A stretch of 32,000 nucleotides of DNA from Nitrosococcus oceani ATCC 19707. GTDB lineage: Bacteria; Pseudomonadota; Gammaproteobacteria; Nitrosococcales; Nitrosococcaceae. How positions within the stretch are numbered: the first letter of the stretch is position 1; each line of letters opens with the position of its first letter. Both the position numbers and the translations under genes were made by a program. Below the pieces are notes generated by a model. That model was not told the DNA's origin, ran no database searches, and saw nothing but the letters and a program-made list of their open reading frames with translations. The stretch covers positions 2,190,001 through 2,222,000 of the forward strand of contig NC_007484.1 of NCBI RefSeq assembly GCF_000012805.1. Direction: 5' to 3'. Positions 8,863-20,350 of the stretch are shown here, one piece after another.

Positions 8863-11766
8863 TCACAAAAGCGCTTTCTGTAGTAACTCCGCCGGATGGT
8901 AGGCAAGCACCCTGGTTCCTTCTTTGATTTGGGCTCGGCAACTTGTGCCCGGCGCACAAATTAAGGTATCCGCTGATGCTTGGCGAACCGCCGGGAATAA
9001 TACGAGCTCTCCGATACGCAATGATACTTCATAATGTTCTTGCTCATAGCCAAAAGCTCCCGCCATCCCACAACAACTTGACGGGATGACTTCCACAATG
9101 CTCCCTTCCATCAAAGCTAATGCATCCAGAAGTGGCTGCATCCCGGATAGAGCCTTCCCATGGCAGTGGCCGTGAATCAAAATACGGCGGGGCTGGCTAT
9201 CGAAAAATGACGGATTAAGTTGCCCAATGGCGGCTTCTTGGGCAATAAACTCTTCGAATAACCGGGCTTTTCCTGCCACCACCTTTGCCCTGCGGCGGCT
9301 TTCGCCCCTAGGCGACAAAACCAGGGCTTCATCCCGAAATGTCAACAACTCCGATGGTTCCAACCCAATTAGCGGTTTACCCTCGGTAGCATAAGGATAA
9401 AGACAAGTCACTGCCCCTTGAAGTAAATTCTGAGCGAGGCGCAACTGACCCTGGCTAATCTGAATTCTGCCTGCTGATAAGCAAGGAGTCACGATGACTT
9501 TATAACCTAACTGTTCCAGGCAGCTAACAGCCGCCATCCCAATCTGAGGATCGAAGAACTCGGTCCAAAGATCGTTAATAAGCACTACCTCACCCCGAGT
9601 ACCCGTATGAATATAAGGAAGCCGGGTTCGGAGTTGAGAGCTAAAAGTACGGCGCGCTAAGAGGGGAAGCTGGCGTTGGGGATGAAATTTTAATACCCGC
9701 TGAAGCAACTTTGAAGCCAATATCCAATTCGCCACAGCGGGTAACCAAGAGCCTAAACGCGCTAAATGCTGGAATTGACTCAAAATCCGCCCACGCCAGG
9801 GAACTCCATGGCGATCCTGATATTGTTGCAGAAACTCCGCCTTCATAAGCGCCATGTCAACTCCCGCCGGGCACTCTGTCTTACAGCCCTTGCAAGCCAG
9901 GCACAGATCCAGTGCCTCTTTAAGCAAGGGGCTATTTTCGCCCGTCAGCCCTCCAGACAAGGCTAATACTTGGCGAAAAATATTAGCCCGGCCTCGGGTG
10001 CCATGCAACTCCTCACCGGTGGCCATATAGGAGGGGCACATGGTTCCCTGGCCAGCTTGTTTGAGACAAACTCCCGCCCCATTGCAGCGAGCGGCAGCTC
10101 CCTGTAAACCTTGATCCTTATGCCAATCGAAAAAAGTCAAAGAGGATTCTATAGGCGCCTCCTTCCCAGTACGAAGAGATTCCAGCAGAGGAGGAGCCGC
10201 TAGAATTTTCCCAGGATTAAAGCAAGAATGAGGATCAGCCGCCTGCTTAATACGACCCAATAGAGCAACGATTTCCGGACCCAATATCGCCTCCAGAAAT
10301 GGCGCCCGTAGCCTCCCGTCACCGTGCTTTGCGGAAAAAGTTCCAGCAAACTCCTTTACCAATTCCGCCATCTCAACCATGATAAGATGGAATCGCTCTC
10401 GCTCTTCTGCCAGGGTCATATCCAGCACGGGCCGCATGTGGAGCAATCCCCGTCCGGCAGATCCATACATCACACAATGAACCCCATAACGGGCCATTAA
10501 AGCCTGCACCCGGGCCACATAGAAGGGAAGATCCCTCACAGCAACGGCGGTATCCTCAATGCCGGTAACGGCCTTGCGCCTGCCGGGCATCCCCATGAGC
10601 AGTCCGAGGCCAGCACGGCGCACCGCCCAGGCCCGTTCGGGAAATGCCAGAATGGGCGCTGCATAACTTCCATGGCCCACACATAAATCCGCCCCTAAAG
10701 CTTCTCCCCGCCCCTGGAGCGAGTTCCCTTTCTCTGCTAGTTCAATAAGCAGGATTGCCGCCGGATCGCCTATTATCCAGGAACAATTTTTTATCTGCTC
10801 TGGGTTGCTCCGGGCTAAATCCAATATCGTCTTATCCAATAACTCTACCGCGACCGGCTGGTGCGCTAATACCCGGACCACCGCCCGCAAAGCCTCGTCC
10901 AGACTGCTAAAGTGAGCAGCCACAAGAACCCGCTCTCCAGACAAGGGAACCAGATTCAAGGTCGCTTCGGTCACCAGGGCCAAGGTACCCTCGCTGCCAC
11001 AGAAAAAAGGCGCCAGGTTGAAGGGGCGGCCATGGCTCACCCAGGGTTGTCCCTGAGCTAATAAATCTAGGGGATAACCCTGGTTACAAGGAATTCCCCG
11101 ACTACTGGGGTAGCGTTCCAGGATAATTTCCCGCTGCTCCGTCACCGCTTCCACCACGGCCCGGTAGAGATGTCCTTCCAGGGATTCCAGCGCTAGCTTA
11201 ACTTCCAATTCGCCAGGAGTTAGCGGCCCAAAGCATACTACGGTGCCATCGCCCAGCACCGCCTTAATCTCCAGCACATGGTCCCGGGTCGTACCATAGT
11301 GGAGACCATGTAACCCCCAAGCATTATTGCCCATCATCCCGCCTATCTGGCAGCGGCTGCTGGTAGAGGGGTCCGGTGCAAACATTAATCCGGAGGAACG
11401 AAGCTGTTCGTTTAAAGCATCTAAAATCACGCCCGGCTGCACCCGTACCCGACGGCTGATCGCATCAATTTCCAGCACCTTCGTCAAATACCGGGAAACG
11501 TCAACCACCAATCCCTCCCCCACGCATTGACCCGCCAAGCTGGTGCCCGCAGCGCGGGGAATCAAGCCAATCCGGTGGCTATTGGCAAATCGTATCAGCG
11601 TTACACAATCCTCAACACTGCAAGGCCGCACTACCCCCAAAGGAAGCTGCTGATAAGGAGAGGCATCCGTAGCATAAAGCATCCGACTCAAATGATCGGT
11701 CAGCACCTCTCCCTGGATCGCCTGGGAAAGCTCTTGGAGGAGATAATCAAAAGTTGATGGAGGCAT
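8863..11766 (-). CDS. FAD-binding plus (Fe-S)-binding/CCG-domain oxidoreductase, YdiJ-like (D-2-hydroxyacid dehydrogenase type)
   Basis: N-terminal FAD-linked oxidase domain (IPRAAGTSLAGQ), central 4Fe-4S motifs (CLACKGCKTECP; CNGAGVC...MCPSY) and C-terminal Cys-rich CCG-type repeats. The ATG at 11766 (MPPSTFDY) is preferred over the TTG at 11784; neither has a good SD. Confidence 0.85.
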   Translation of the reverse strand: MPPSTFDYLLQELSQAIQGEVLTDHLSRMLYATDASPYQQLPLGVVRPCSVEDCVTLIRFANSHRIGLIPRAAGTSLAGQCVGEGLVVDVSRYLTKVLEIDAISRRVRVQPGVILDALNEQLRSSGLMFAPDPSTSSRCQIGGMMGNNAWGLHGLHYGTTRDHVLEIKAVLGDGTVVCFGPLTPGELEVKLALESLEGHLYRAVVEAVTEQREIILERYPSSRGIPCNQGYPLDLLAQGQPWVSHGRPFNLAPFFCGSEGTLALVTEATLNLVPLSGERVLVAAHFSSLDEALRAVVRVLAHQPVAVELLDKTILDLARSNPEQIKNCSWIIGDPAAILLIELAEKGNSLQGRGEALGADLCVGHGSYAAPILAFPERAWAVRRAGLGLLMGMPGRRKAVTGIEDTAVAVRDLPFYVARVQALMARYGVHCVMYGSAGRGLLHMRPVLDMTLAEERERFHLIMVEMAELVKEFAGTFSAKHGDGRLRAPFLEAILGPEIVALLGRIKQAADPHSCFNPGKILAAPPLLESLRTGKEAPIESSLTFFDWHKDQGLQGAAARCNGAGVCLKQAGQGTMCPSYMATGEELHGTRGRANIFRQVLALSGGLTGENSPLLKEALDLCLACKGCKTECPAGVDMALMKAEFLQQYQDRHGVPWRGRILSQFQHLARLGSWLPAVANWILASKLLQRVLKFHPQRQLPLLARRTFSSQLRTRLPYIHTGTRGEVVLINDLWTEFFDPQIGMAAVSCLEQLGYKVIVTPCLSAGRIQISQGQLRLAQNLLQGAVTCLYPYATEGKPLIGLEPSELLTFRDEALVLSPRGESRRRAKVVAGKARLFEEFIAQEAAIGQLNPSFFDSQPRRILIHGHCHGKALSGMQPLLDALALMEGSIVEVIPSSCCGMAGAFGYEQEHYEVSLRIGELVLFPAVRQASADTLICAPGTSCRAQIKEGTRVLAYHPAELLQKALL

Positions 11767-12058
11767 ACATCTCAATACGCACAAAATACCTGTTCATTCT
11801 ATAAGCATCTACTGGCCAGTTTGATTGTGCTTTAAAAACTGGGTGCCTCTTGAAAAGATTATGGCTTATTTGCTTCAAAACCGCGACTAAATCGCCTGAA
11901 CTATAGCGCAGCCCCGGTCTAGGATTTTATTTATTCAATCGCACTTTCCAAGCTAAACGTTTCTTAAAATTCACTGAATAGCCCACTATAGAGTAGTAGA
12001 TTCTTTTAGGTATCTCCCCGCTAATCAAGGAAACTAGCGATTCTCACTGCCAAACCCG

Positions 12059-13987
12059 TCAAAAAGAAAACTCGATACCACCAAAGCCGGAGATGCCTGG
12101 TGTGCCGAATCCAAACACTTCCTGATATTGTTTATCCAGCAGATTATTCGCCCGGGCAAATAATTGAAAATAGTTAGTGACCTCATAGGAAATAGCAGCG
12201 TTAACTACTGTATAGCTAGGCAGAGGGATACCCCCTACATCTTGCCGATGCCCCACATAAACCACCTGAAGATGGAGGTTACCCTTACTCAAAAAGCGGT
12301 AATTAGCGTTAAAGCCTGCTTTGTGTTCCGGACGCCGCACCAAGGGCTGACCGGTTTTCTCATCTTGAGTATGCATCTGGGTATAATTTCCCCGCAAAGT
12401 CAGCCCCTTAAGGGGCGTTAAATTCATAAAGACTTCCCAGCCTTTAATTTTGGCCGCATCGATATTAATAAGCTGGAACTTATCAGCAGCTACCTGGCTA
12501 AACTGAATTAAATCGGTCAATTCATTGTCAAAGTAGGTCACCCCAACCGCCCCTTGCTCGTCCCAAAATGATTGCTCTACCCCAATATCCCAGGAGCTGC
12601 TCTTTTCAGGCTTTAAATCCCGATTGTTGAATTTAAGCTGAGGAGTATTGAAGCGGTTATCCTGAGGGGCATTAAAGCGATCATCGAATAACTGAGATAA
12701 AGTAGGGGCTTTAAACCCAGTGCCATAGCTGCTTCTGAGCGTGAGCCCCAGCGTGTCAAGCACCAGGGCGGCGGTTACCCGTTCAGTGATTTTGGAGCCA
12801 AAAATACTATGATGAGTCAAGCGCACCCCGCCAGTGAGAAACAGCTTATCCCAAAAGCTCAATTGAGCTTGCAAGTAGTATCCCTCGGTGTCAACGCTCT
12901 GCCGGGGCAAGTTTGAACCCGGCGATTGGGCCTCCATGCTGGCCTCTTCCCAGGCGAATCCAAAGGTTAGGGTATGCTTCTTAGAGAACTGCAAATTATT
13001 TTGCCAATCCACTTGGATTTTCTCCCCCTTAAAAGAACCTGGGAAAGGAAAAGGGTTCTGAGGATCGGGCCGATTTTGATTTTCCCTATCATGGTGGGTA
13101 AAAGAAACCCCAAGTATTTGTTCCCATAGATTATCAAACAAAGTAAGATGTCCTTGACCCCGGAGAAACAACTGTTGGCTATCCAGAGTCGAATTAGGAT
13201 CGTCTATGGGCACGACACCTCTGTAGCCATCAATGTCAGTATGGTTACCGTTATAGCGCAAGGTAGTATCAAGGGAAAAAATGGGCGTAGGCGTTAGCCC
13301 GAATCGCCCCGCGAGGGTTGTATTCCGATCACCATCTTTTTCCGGGTTGCCCCGGCGAGAATCAGCCGCTGAGATGCCAGCGCTTTCAAGGCGAGTCCCG
13401 GTCAGGCTGTAATTAACAAGGTCATTTCCGCCATGTACTCCGCCTGTCGCCTTGAAGGTACTAAAAGAGCCACCTTCGACGCGAGCGGTAACGCGAGGCT
13501 TGCCCCTTCCCTTCTTAGTAATAATATTAATAACGCCACCAATGACATCGGAACCGTAAAGGGTGCTTTGCGGCCCTCGCAGAATCTCAATGCGCTCGAT
13601 ATTATCCGTCAGCAAATTGGCGAAATCGAAAGAACCACTGGGGTTGCTGGGATCATTGGCTTCTACCCCATCAATGAGTACCAGGGTATGGTTAGCGTTT
13701 GCCCCCCGCAGGAATACCGAGGTCTGCTGTCCTAAACCGCCGCTTTGAACCACATCGACCCCGGGCAGCCCCCGCAATACCTCTAATACTGGCATTCTTT
13801 GCCGCTGAACAAGATCCTCGGCGGTAATGACACTCATATCACTCCCTACATCTTGCACTGGCGTTGGAGTCCGTGTTGCCGTCACTACTATCGGCTCTAG
13901 GGTTTTTGGGGTCTGCTGCTCACCGGCATAGACAAAAGACCCAAAAACGACCCAACCAACTAATCCAAACGCTGAAAATATTTTCAA
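12059..13987 (-). CDS. btuB: TonB-dependent outer-membrane cobalamin receptor
   Basis: TonB box/plug EPIVVTATRTPTPVQDVGSDMSVITAEDL..., VLRGLPGVDV..., FLRGANANHTLVLIDGV, and a C-terminal ...GIEFSF. A cobalamin riboswitch lies directly upstream. The TTG start at 13987 is preceded by GGAGGGAG; the longer ORF to 14071 would run into the riboswitch platform. Confidence 0.85.
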   Translation of the reverse strand: MKIFSAFGLVGWVVFGSFVYAGEQQTPKTLEPIVVTATRTPTPVQDVGSDMSVITAEDLVQRQRMPVLEVLRGLPGVDVVQSGGLGQQTSVFLRGANANHTLVLIDGVEANDPSNPSGSFDFANLLTDNIERIEILRGPQSTLYGSDVIGGVINIITKKGRGKPRVTARVEGGSFSTFKATGGVHGGNDLVNYSLTGTRLESAGISAADSRRGNPEKDGDRNTTLAGRFGLTPTPIFSLDTTLRYNGNHTDIDGYRGVVPIDDPNSTLDSQQLFLRGQGHLTLFDNLWEQILGVSFTHHDRENQNRPDPQNPFPFPGSFKGEKIQVDWQNNLQFSKKHTLTFGFAWEEASMEAQSPGSNLPRQSVDTEGYYLQAQLSFWDKLFLTGGVRLTHHSIFGSKITERVTAALVLDTLGLTLRSSYGTGFKAPTLSQLFDDRFNAPQDNRFNTPQLKFNNRDLKPEKSSSWDIGVEQSFWDEQGAVGVTYFDNELTDLIQFSQVAADKFQLINIDAAKIKGWEVFMNLTPLKGLTLRGNYTQMHTQDEKTGQPLVRRPEHKAGFNANYRFLSKGNLHLQVVYVGHRQDVGGIPLPSYTVVNAAISYEVTNYFQLFARANNLLDKQYQEVFGFGTPGISGFGGIEFSF

Positions 13988-14124
13988 CGGTCTCCCTCCT
14001 CTAGGACCGCGCGCACCCGCACGGAAGTCATTACGGATATGGCGCAGAGGAAGGCAACAGGAAACAACCACCTGTCATTAGATCCAAAGAAAGGGGTTCT
14101 AACCTCGGTACCGTCGCCCTCCGC

Positions 14125-14300
14125 GACACCACAGGGCACTCTAGGCCGGTCTCCGGGCTTGCAAGTAGCAGAGGTCAAAATACCTGCGGGACTGATTGCC
14201 TTCCCACGAAAATCCGCAGTGGCTTAATAACCAGTCTCTTCTTGCCTACCGTTGCGGGGGCAGCGTCGGCTTTTGACCGACTTCCCGTTTAACCCCTTTA
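14125..14300 (-). promoter_or_regulatory. cobalamin (B12) riboswitch in the btuB leader
   Basis: The minus strand reads GGTTAAACGGGAAGTCGGTCAAAAGCCGACGCTGCCCCCGCAACGGTAGG...AAGCCACTGCGG...GGGAAGGC...AAGCCCGGAGACCGGCC. GCCACTG is the complement of 14217-14223. The B12 box AGCCCGGAGACCGGCC is the complement of 14144-14159. Edges are approximate. Confidence 0.9.
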
Positions 14301-14626
14301 ATTAAGAACGGGGTACCTGTAAGTGAGGGAGGGCAATCTAGGGAAATGAGTGAGCGTTGTCAACTTTACCTCTCCTGTATCAGGGGATTGGGATCGGGGC
14401 ACTTCAAAATAACGGTTGAAAAAGGCAGAGCGCTAGCAACAGAGAGAATAGTGTCGACAAATTGAACCAAGTAGATAATTCACAGAAATCGACCGGGGAA
14501 TTCTTTAATAGAAAGGCTCTTTGAACTCATGCTGTTCAAACCGTGGTGCTTAATATAAAGACAGGCTAATTTAGCTGTTGCCGCTTAACGATTTGAATTG
14601 CATTAAAATTCCCAGTTAAATTCCGG

Positions 14627-16141
14627 CTAGTCAAGGCTAAGTCCTAAAAGTATTCGATAGTCCTCAGGAAAATTAAATTGATTCGAACTAATCTGATAAT
14701 GCCCTTCAAAAAATAAGTGTACTGCAGGAAGCAGATTCTTCCGGTGAGCAAGCCGCCAATCCAAATTACCGCTAGTAGTGTAAGTGCACTTTGATTTCTT
14801 ATTATTCCAGTTTTGTTTCGCAGCCATCTGGAACTGACCCTTGAGGCGCTCTGGAACAAATATGGCGCGGCTCTTGATCCCAACCAGCAGTTCATCGAAA
14901 CTAGCGCCTTGGTATTGATAGCGGAGCATGGGGGCTAAGCTCAAGTTATTGTAACTAAGCAGTTCAAACTGGGTCTCTGCGGATGAAATAGCAAAGTATC
15001 CAGGCTGTGTTGGCATGGTTCTAGTTTTATTCCAATGCAAGCTATGACTTAGATTCCAATGCCAGTCCTGGTAGAGAAAATCAGCTTTAAATTCCGCACT
15101 GGAAGATTGTTGCTGCTTTTTCTCAATTCTTTTTCTGGAAAGCGTCATATCAAAATTAGGAGAACCTAACCACAACGGCAATTTAAAGTGCTGAAACTGA
15201 TAACGTCCTTGCAACTGGGTAGAGTAAGTTCGCTGTGGCGGTAAAGATTTTTCTCCGTTATCCGCTTCCTGGACTATCGAATTATTTAATGCCAGTCCTC
15301 GCCAGTCCAGATGGGTAAAACCTTCCCATCTGGATATTCCCGGTTCTTCAGTTGGTTCAGCAGGGCTTTCAAAAAAACGGCCCACCTGTTTATGTTTTAC
15401 TCCCATAACCCCGTTTAATGGAGCCTCAAAAAAAGAGGCAATCTGGAGGGGTTGATAGCTCAATTGTAATTTGTAAGCATTATCGTTTTGAATCGATGTA
15501 TCTATGAAATGATCGTAATTATAGCGAGTCCAAGCATACTCGCCCTGCAAATTAATCTGCTCCGAAAATATCTTGGTATCCGCCTGTAGGCTCCAAGCAT
15601 GATCATAACTTAACCCAAACCCAGACATTGGGGTTAGACTGCGCTGTCCTTTTAAATAAATTGTTGAGAATGTAATGGGTATGGGGGTTAGATCTGATAT
15701 TGTTCCTGAAAACATCGATCCTTGCAGGGATGGAGGAGAAGGATGGATCCCTAAAGATTGACCAAAACCATGCACTCCAGGGATTGCGAAACGCGTTAAC
15801 GTAGAACCATCGCTTCCTATAGCAAAGTCTTGCCGAATATGGGGTTGCTTAACTTGTTGTAATATTAAAGTATTGGGTTTAAGTATTCTTGATGTGGGAG
15901 GAATGGTGCGCTGTCTGTCCTCATCCTTGAATAAGAACCGCCAGAATTTGCTTGATTTCCCCCCTTTTTCCTCGCTAGGGCTTAGGAGGGGAAACTTTTC
16001 GGCCATTTTATTGGTATGTTCCTCGATTGAGCTACCTAGGTTTTTACCTACGGATGAGCTTGCCTGAGCCATTGTTAATGGCAGAGAAATGGTTAGCACA
16101 AGCAAATATATTAAGCTAGCATAGGATCTATTTCCTTTCAT
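14627..16141 (-). CDS. hypothetical secreted protein, probable outer-membrane beta-barrel
   Basis: Signal peptide MKGNRSYASLIYLLVLTISLPLTMAQA. It has many alternating aromatic/polar strand-like segments (LQGEYAWTRYNY, YKLQLSYQP, FKADFLYQDWHWNLSHSLHW, LRYQYQG). I recognised no family motif. Confidence 0.5.
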   Translation of the reverse strand: MKGNRSYASLIYLLVLTISLPLTMAQASSSVGKNLGSSIEEHTNKMAEKFPLLSPSEEKGGKSSKFWRFLFKDEDRQRTIPPTSRILKPNTLILQQVKQPHIRQDFAIGSDGSTLTRFAIPGVHGFGQSLGIHPSPPSLQGSMFSGTISDLTPIPITFSTIYLKGQRSLTPMSGFGLSYDHAWSLQADTKIFSEQINLQGEYAWTRYNYDHFIDTSIQNDNAYKLQLSYQPLQIASFFEAPLNGVMGVKHKQVGRFFESPAEPTEEPGISRWEGFTHLDWRGLALNNSIVQEADNGEKSLPPQRTYSTQLQGRYQFQHFKLPLWLGSPNFDMTLSRKRIEKKQQQSSSAEFKADFLYQDWHWNLSHSLHWNKTRTMPTQPGYFAISSAETQFELLSYNNLSLAPMLRYQYQGASFDELLVGIKSRAIFVPERLKGQFQMAAKQNWNNKKSKCTYTTSGNLDWRLAHRKNLLPAVHLFFEGHYQISSNQFNFPEDYRILLGLSLD

Positions 16142-16262
16142 GCATTATATATTCTGAACTTCGCATATTTTCTTTACCTCTTCAATTCAAAATTTTTTGC
16201 TGGTACCCTTTACACCGTGACCTATAAAGGGTCTATGAGATAGGTATAAAAAAGGAAAAAGA

Positions 16263-17024
16263 ATGAAGCCAGCTATTGTGATTATTGGTATCGGCGAGAT
16301 AGGCGGGGTATTTGCACGTGGGTTTCTGCGTGCGGGGCACCCTGTTTATCCGGTTTCTCGGAATCTGGCCATGGAGACGGTTGCCAAGGAAGTGCCCCAC
16401 CCTGCTATCGTTTTAGTCGCGGTTGCAGAGACGGAGTTACATCCGGTATTACAGCAGGTACCCGATTCCTGGCAAAATCATCTGGCACTCTTACAAAATG
16501 AGCTATTGCCCAGAGACTGGCAGCCCTATCATTTTTCTAATTTGACTGTTACTTCGATTTGGTTCGAAAAAAAGCCGGGACAAGACGTTAAGATTTTACT
16601 CCCCTCTCCCGCCTATGGTCCTGGCGCGCACTTGCTGTCATCGGCCCTGCAAACATTAGCCATTCCGACTCATATCCTGACCACAGAAACGGAACTGCTT
16701 TTCGAATTAGCGCGCAAAAACCTCTATATCTTGACTACAAATATTGCGGGGCTTATTACCGGGGGCGATGTCGCCACCCTCTGGGGGCGCCACCAAGCGT
16801 TCGCCAAGCGGGTAGCTAAGGATGTTCTGGACCTCCAGGAATGGCTGGCGGGAACCTCCCTTCCCAGAGAACGACTCATGGAAGGACTAGTAGCCGCTAT
16901 TCAGGCAGACCCCCAACATAAATGCACCGGCCGGTCAGCGCCTGCCCGCCTTGAACGAGCCTTGCAACTGGCAGAAGAAGCAGACTTAGAAGTGCCTGTT
17001 TTACGCGAAATCGCTCACCGTTAA
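16263..17024 (+). CDS. NAD(P)-binding Rossmann-fold protein (ketopantoate-reductase-like resemblance)
   Basis: N-terminal IVIIGIGEIGGVFARGF carries GxGxxG. AAAAGGAAAAAG lies upstream of the ATG. Family assignment is weak. Confidence 0.5.
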   Translation: MKPAIVIIGIGEIGGVFARGFLRAGHPVYPVSRNLAMETVAKEVPHPAIVLVAVAETELHPVLQQVPDSWQNHLALLQNELLPRDWQPYHFSNLTVTSIWFEKKPGQDVKILLPSPAYGPGAHLLSSALQTLAIPTHILTTETELLFELARKNLYILTTNIAGLITGGDVATLWGRHQAFAKRVAKDVLDLQEWLAGTSLPRERLMEGLVAAIQADPQHKCTGRSAPARLERALQLAEEADLEVPVLREIAHR

Positions 17025-17626
17025 GCAGGTAAATTCGCCCCATGGAACAGCAGTTGTAAGCGCTCTCGCGGTCCCTCTCCTCCCACTTGAATCCGGCTGA
17101 TGCCGGCATTAGGGACATGGATTCGAAAAACGGTTTCCAAAGGCATTCCCAATACGTAGCGTATCATCATCCGCATCGTTCCAGCATGGGCGACTACCAG
17201 CACATGCTCGCCACCGTGGCGATTAAGTAATTCCTCCCAAGCAGCAATAACTCGATCACGGAAATCCAGGAAAGGTTCTGCACCTGGTGGTGTATGGCGA
17301 ACAGGATCTTCATAAAAGCGCCGGAAAGCCTCCGGTTCCCGCTCTCTGACTTCGGCAGCCGTAGAACCCTCCCAAGCCCCAAAGCTAATTTCCTTCAAAC
17401 GCTCATCTAGCTGTAAAGGCCGCCCATAGCGCTGACTAAGCTCATGGGCGAATTCCGCGCACCGTTTGAGAGGAGAGCTCATGATCCGATCCCAGGGGCA
17501 ATCTTCGCCAACGGCCGCTCGCATCTGTGACCAACCCTTTTCACTCAGAGGGTCATCCCTATGGCCCCGATAGCGGTGCCCTCCCACAGGTTCGCCATGA
17601 CGAATCAGATCGATAAGCGTTGGCAT
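17021..17626 (-). CDS. histidine phosphatase family protein (alpha-ribazole phosphatase CobC-like)
   Basis: LIRHGEP catalytic RHG motif at the N-terminus and a later HAGTMR His motif. The size of 201 aa fits. Confidence 0.75.
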   Translation of the reverse strand: MPTLIDLIRHGEPVGGHRYRGHRDDPLSEKGWSQMRAAVGEDCPWDRIMSSPLKRCAEFAHELSQRYGRPLQLDERLKEISFGAWEGSTAAEVREREPEAFRRFYEDPVRHTPPGAEPFLDFRDRVIAAWEELLNRHGGEHVLVVAHAGTMRMMIRYVLGMPLETVFRIHVPNAGISRIQVGGEGPRERLQLLFHGANLPA

Positions 17627-17662
17627 GGAAACTGATTTAACTTTATTCCTGGTGGATTCTAA

Positions 17663-19045
<1,383 letters not shown>

Positions 19046-19062
<17 letters not shown>

Positions 19063-20350
19063 CGCCCACCATAACCGTGACCATCTTATCTAAATCGATC
19101 CGTTTCTGAAAAGCCTCCCGAATCTGGGTAGCCGTGACCGCCTCTACCTGGGAAATGAAGGTCTCCAGATAATTCCGCGGCAATTGATAGAAAGCAATCA
19201 TGGCAAGATATTGGACCTTCTCCCCATTGCTGTCGATTCGCAGGGGAAAACCGCCAGTAATATTTTGCTTTGCTAGCTGAAGTTCCTTCTCGCTGGGACC
19301 TGTGGCAATAAAATTTTGCAGGGTCTCGCGCAACACTTCTAATGCTTCCTTGGCCTGTTCATTCCGGGTTTGTAGCGACAGAACATAAGGCCCTCGGCGC
19401 CGCATGGGGCTAAAATAACTATAGGCGCTATAGGTCAGTCCTCGCTTCTCTCGAAGCTCCACGCTGATCCGGGAAACCAAACCACTGCCGCCTAAAACAT
19501 GGTTGCCCACATAAAGGGGAAAATAGTCAGGATCACCCCGGCGCACCCCTATCGTTCCCAGGATAATAGTCGTCTGACTAGAAGGATAATGAATGGTTTC
19601 TATTTCTGTCTTTTTGATTTTGGGGACAGGAGACAACGCTGGTGCTGGCTTTCCCGTTGGCAAATCGCCTACCACCTGCTTGGCTACCTGCTCGGCCTGG
19701 GGCCGCTCTAGCGCACCCACAATTGCCACTATCGCATTGCTAGCTACATAGTAGCGCCGGTGGAAGGCCAAGGCATCCTCCTGGGTTAAGCTAGCCAACC
19801 CTTCCTGGGTTCCTAGAGGCAGATGCCCATAGGGGTAGTCGCCATAAAGGCGGTGATAAAAAGCCCGGCTAGCAAGACTGCTCGGCGACTGCAACTGCCT
19901 TTGTAGAGCAGTTTCCATTCGCTTACGTACCCGCTCAAAAGCCGCTACCGGCATAGTAGGCTGCTCCAAAACCAAGGCCATGGTCTCCAATGCCGGCTGC
20001 AAAATTTCAGACTCGGTCAAGCTACGCAGGCTGACTACCGCCATATCCCGTTCGGCCTGGGTACCAAACTGGGCGCCCAAATTATCAAATCGCTTGGCGA
20101 TGGCATCGGCATCTAACTCACCCGCACCTTCCGGTAAAAGGGCGCTGCTCAGTTGGGCCAACCCAGGTTGGTTTTCATCCCGGGCCGCACCTGCGTCGAA
20201 GACTACGCGGACATCCACCATGGGCAATTCCTTGGCCTGGATAAAATAAACCCGGGCTCCGTTAGCCATCGTCCAATGCTGAATATCAGGCGCCGCTAAA
20301 CTTACAGCAGCAATACTCCAGAGCAGTAAAATTGCAAGACTACGAAACAT
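19046..20350 (-). CDS. M16 family peptidase, non-catalytic-type partner (no HxxEH)
   Basis: M16 fold pattern with signal peptide MFRSLAILLLWSIAAVSLA. A GGAGG SD lies 5 nt before the ATG at 20350. The position of the zinc motif reads GLAQLSSALLPEG. Confidence 0.85.

Noticed and set aside
13988-14071. N-terminal 27-aa extension of the btuB ORF as listed (start 14071).
   Set aside because: The extension is Arg/Gly-rich non-signal sequence that overlaps the riboswitch expression platform. The TTG at 13987, preceded by GGAGGGAG, gives a normal signal peptide.
16205-16232. ACCCTTTA-(12 nt)-TAAAGGGT inverted repeat in the divergent promoter region between the beta-barrel gene and the Rossmann-fold gene.
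   Set aside because: The 8-bp arms occur only once. It is a plausible operator, but nothing else supports it.
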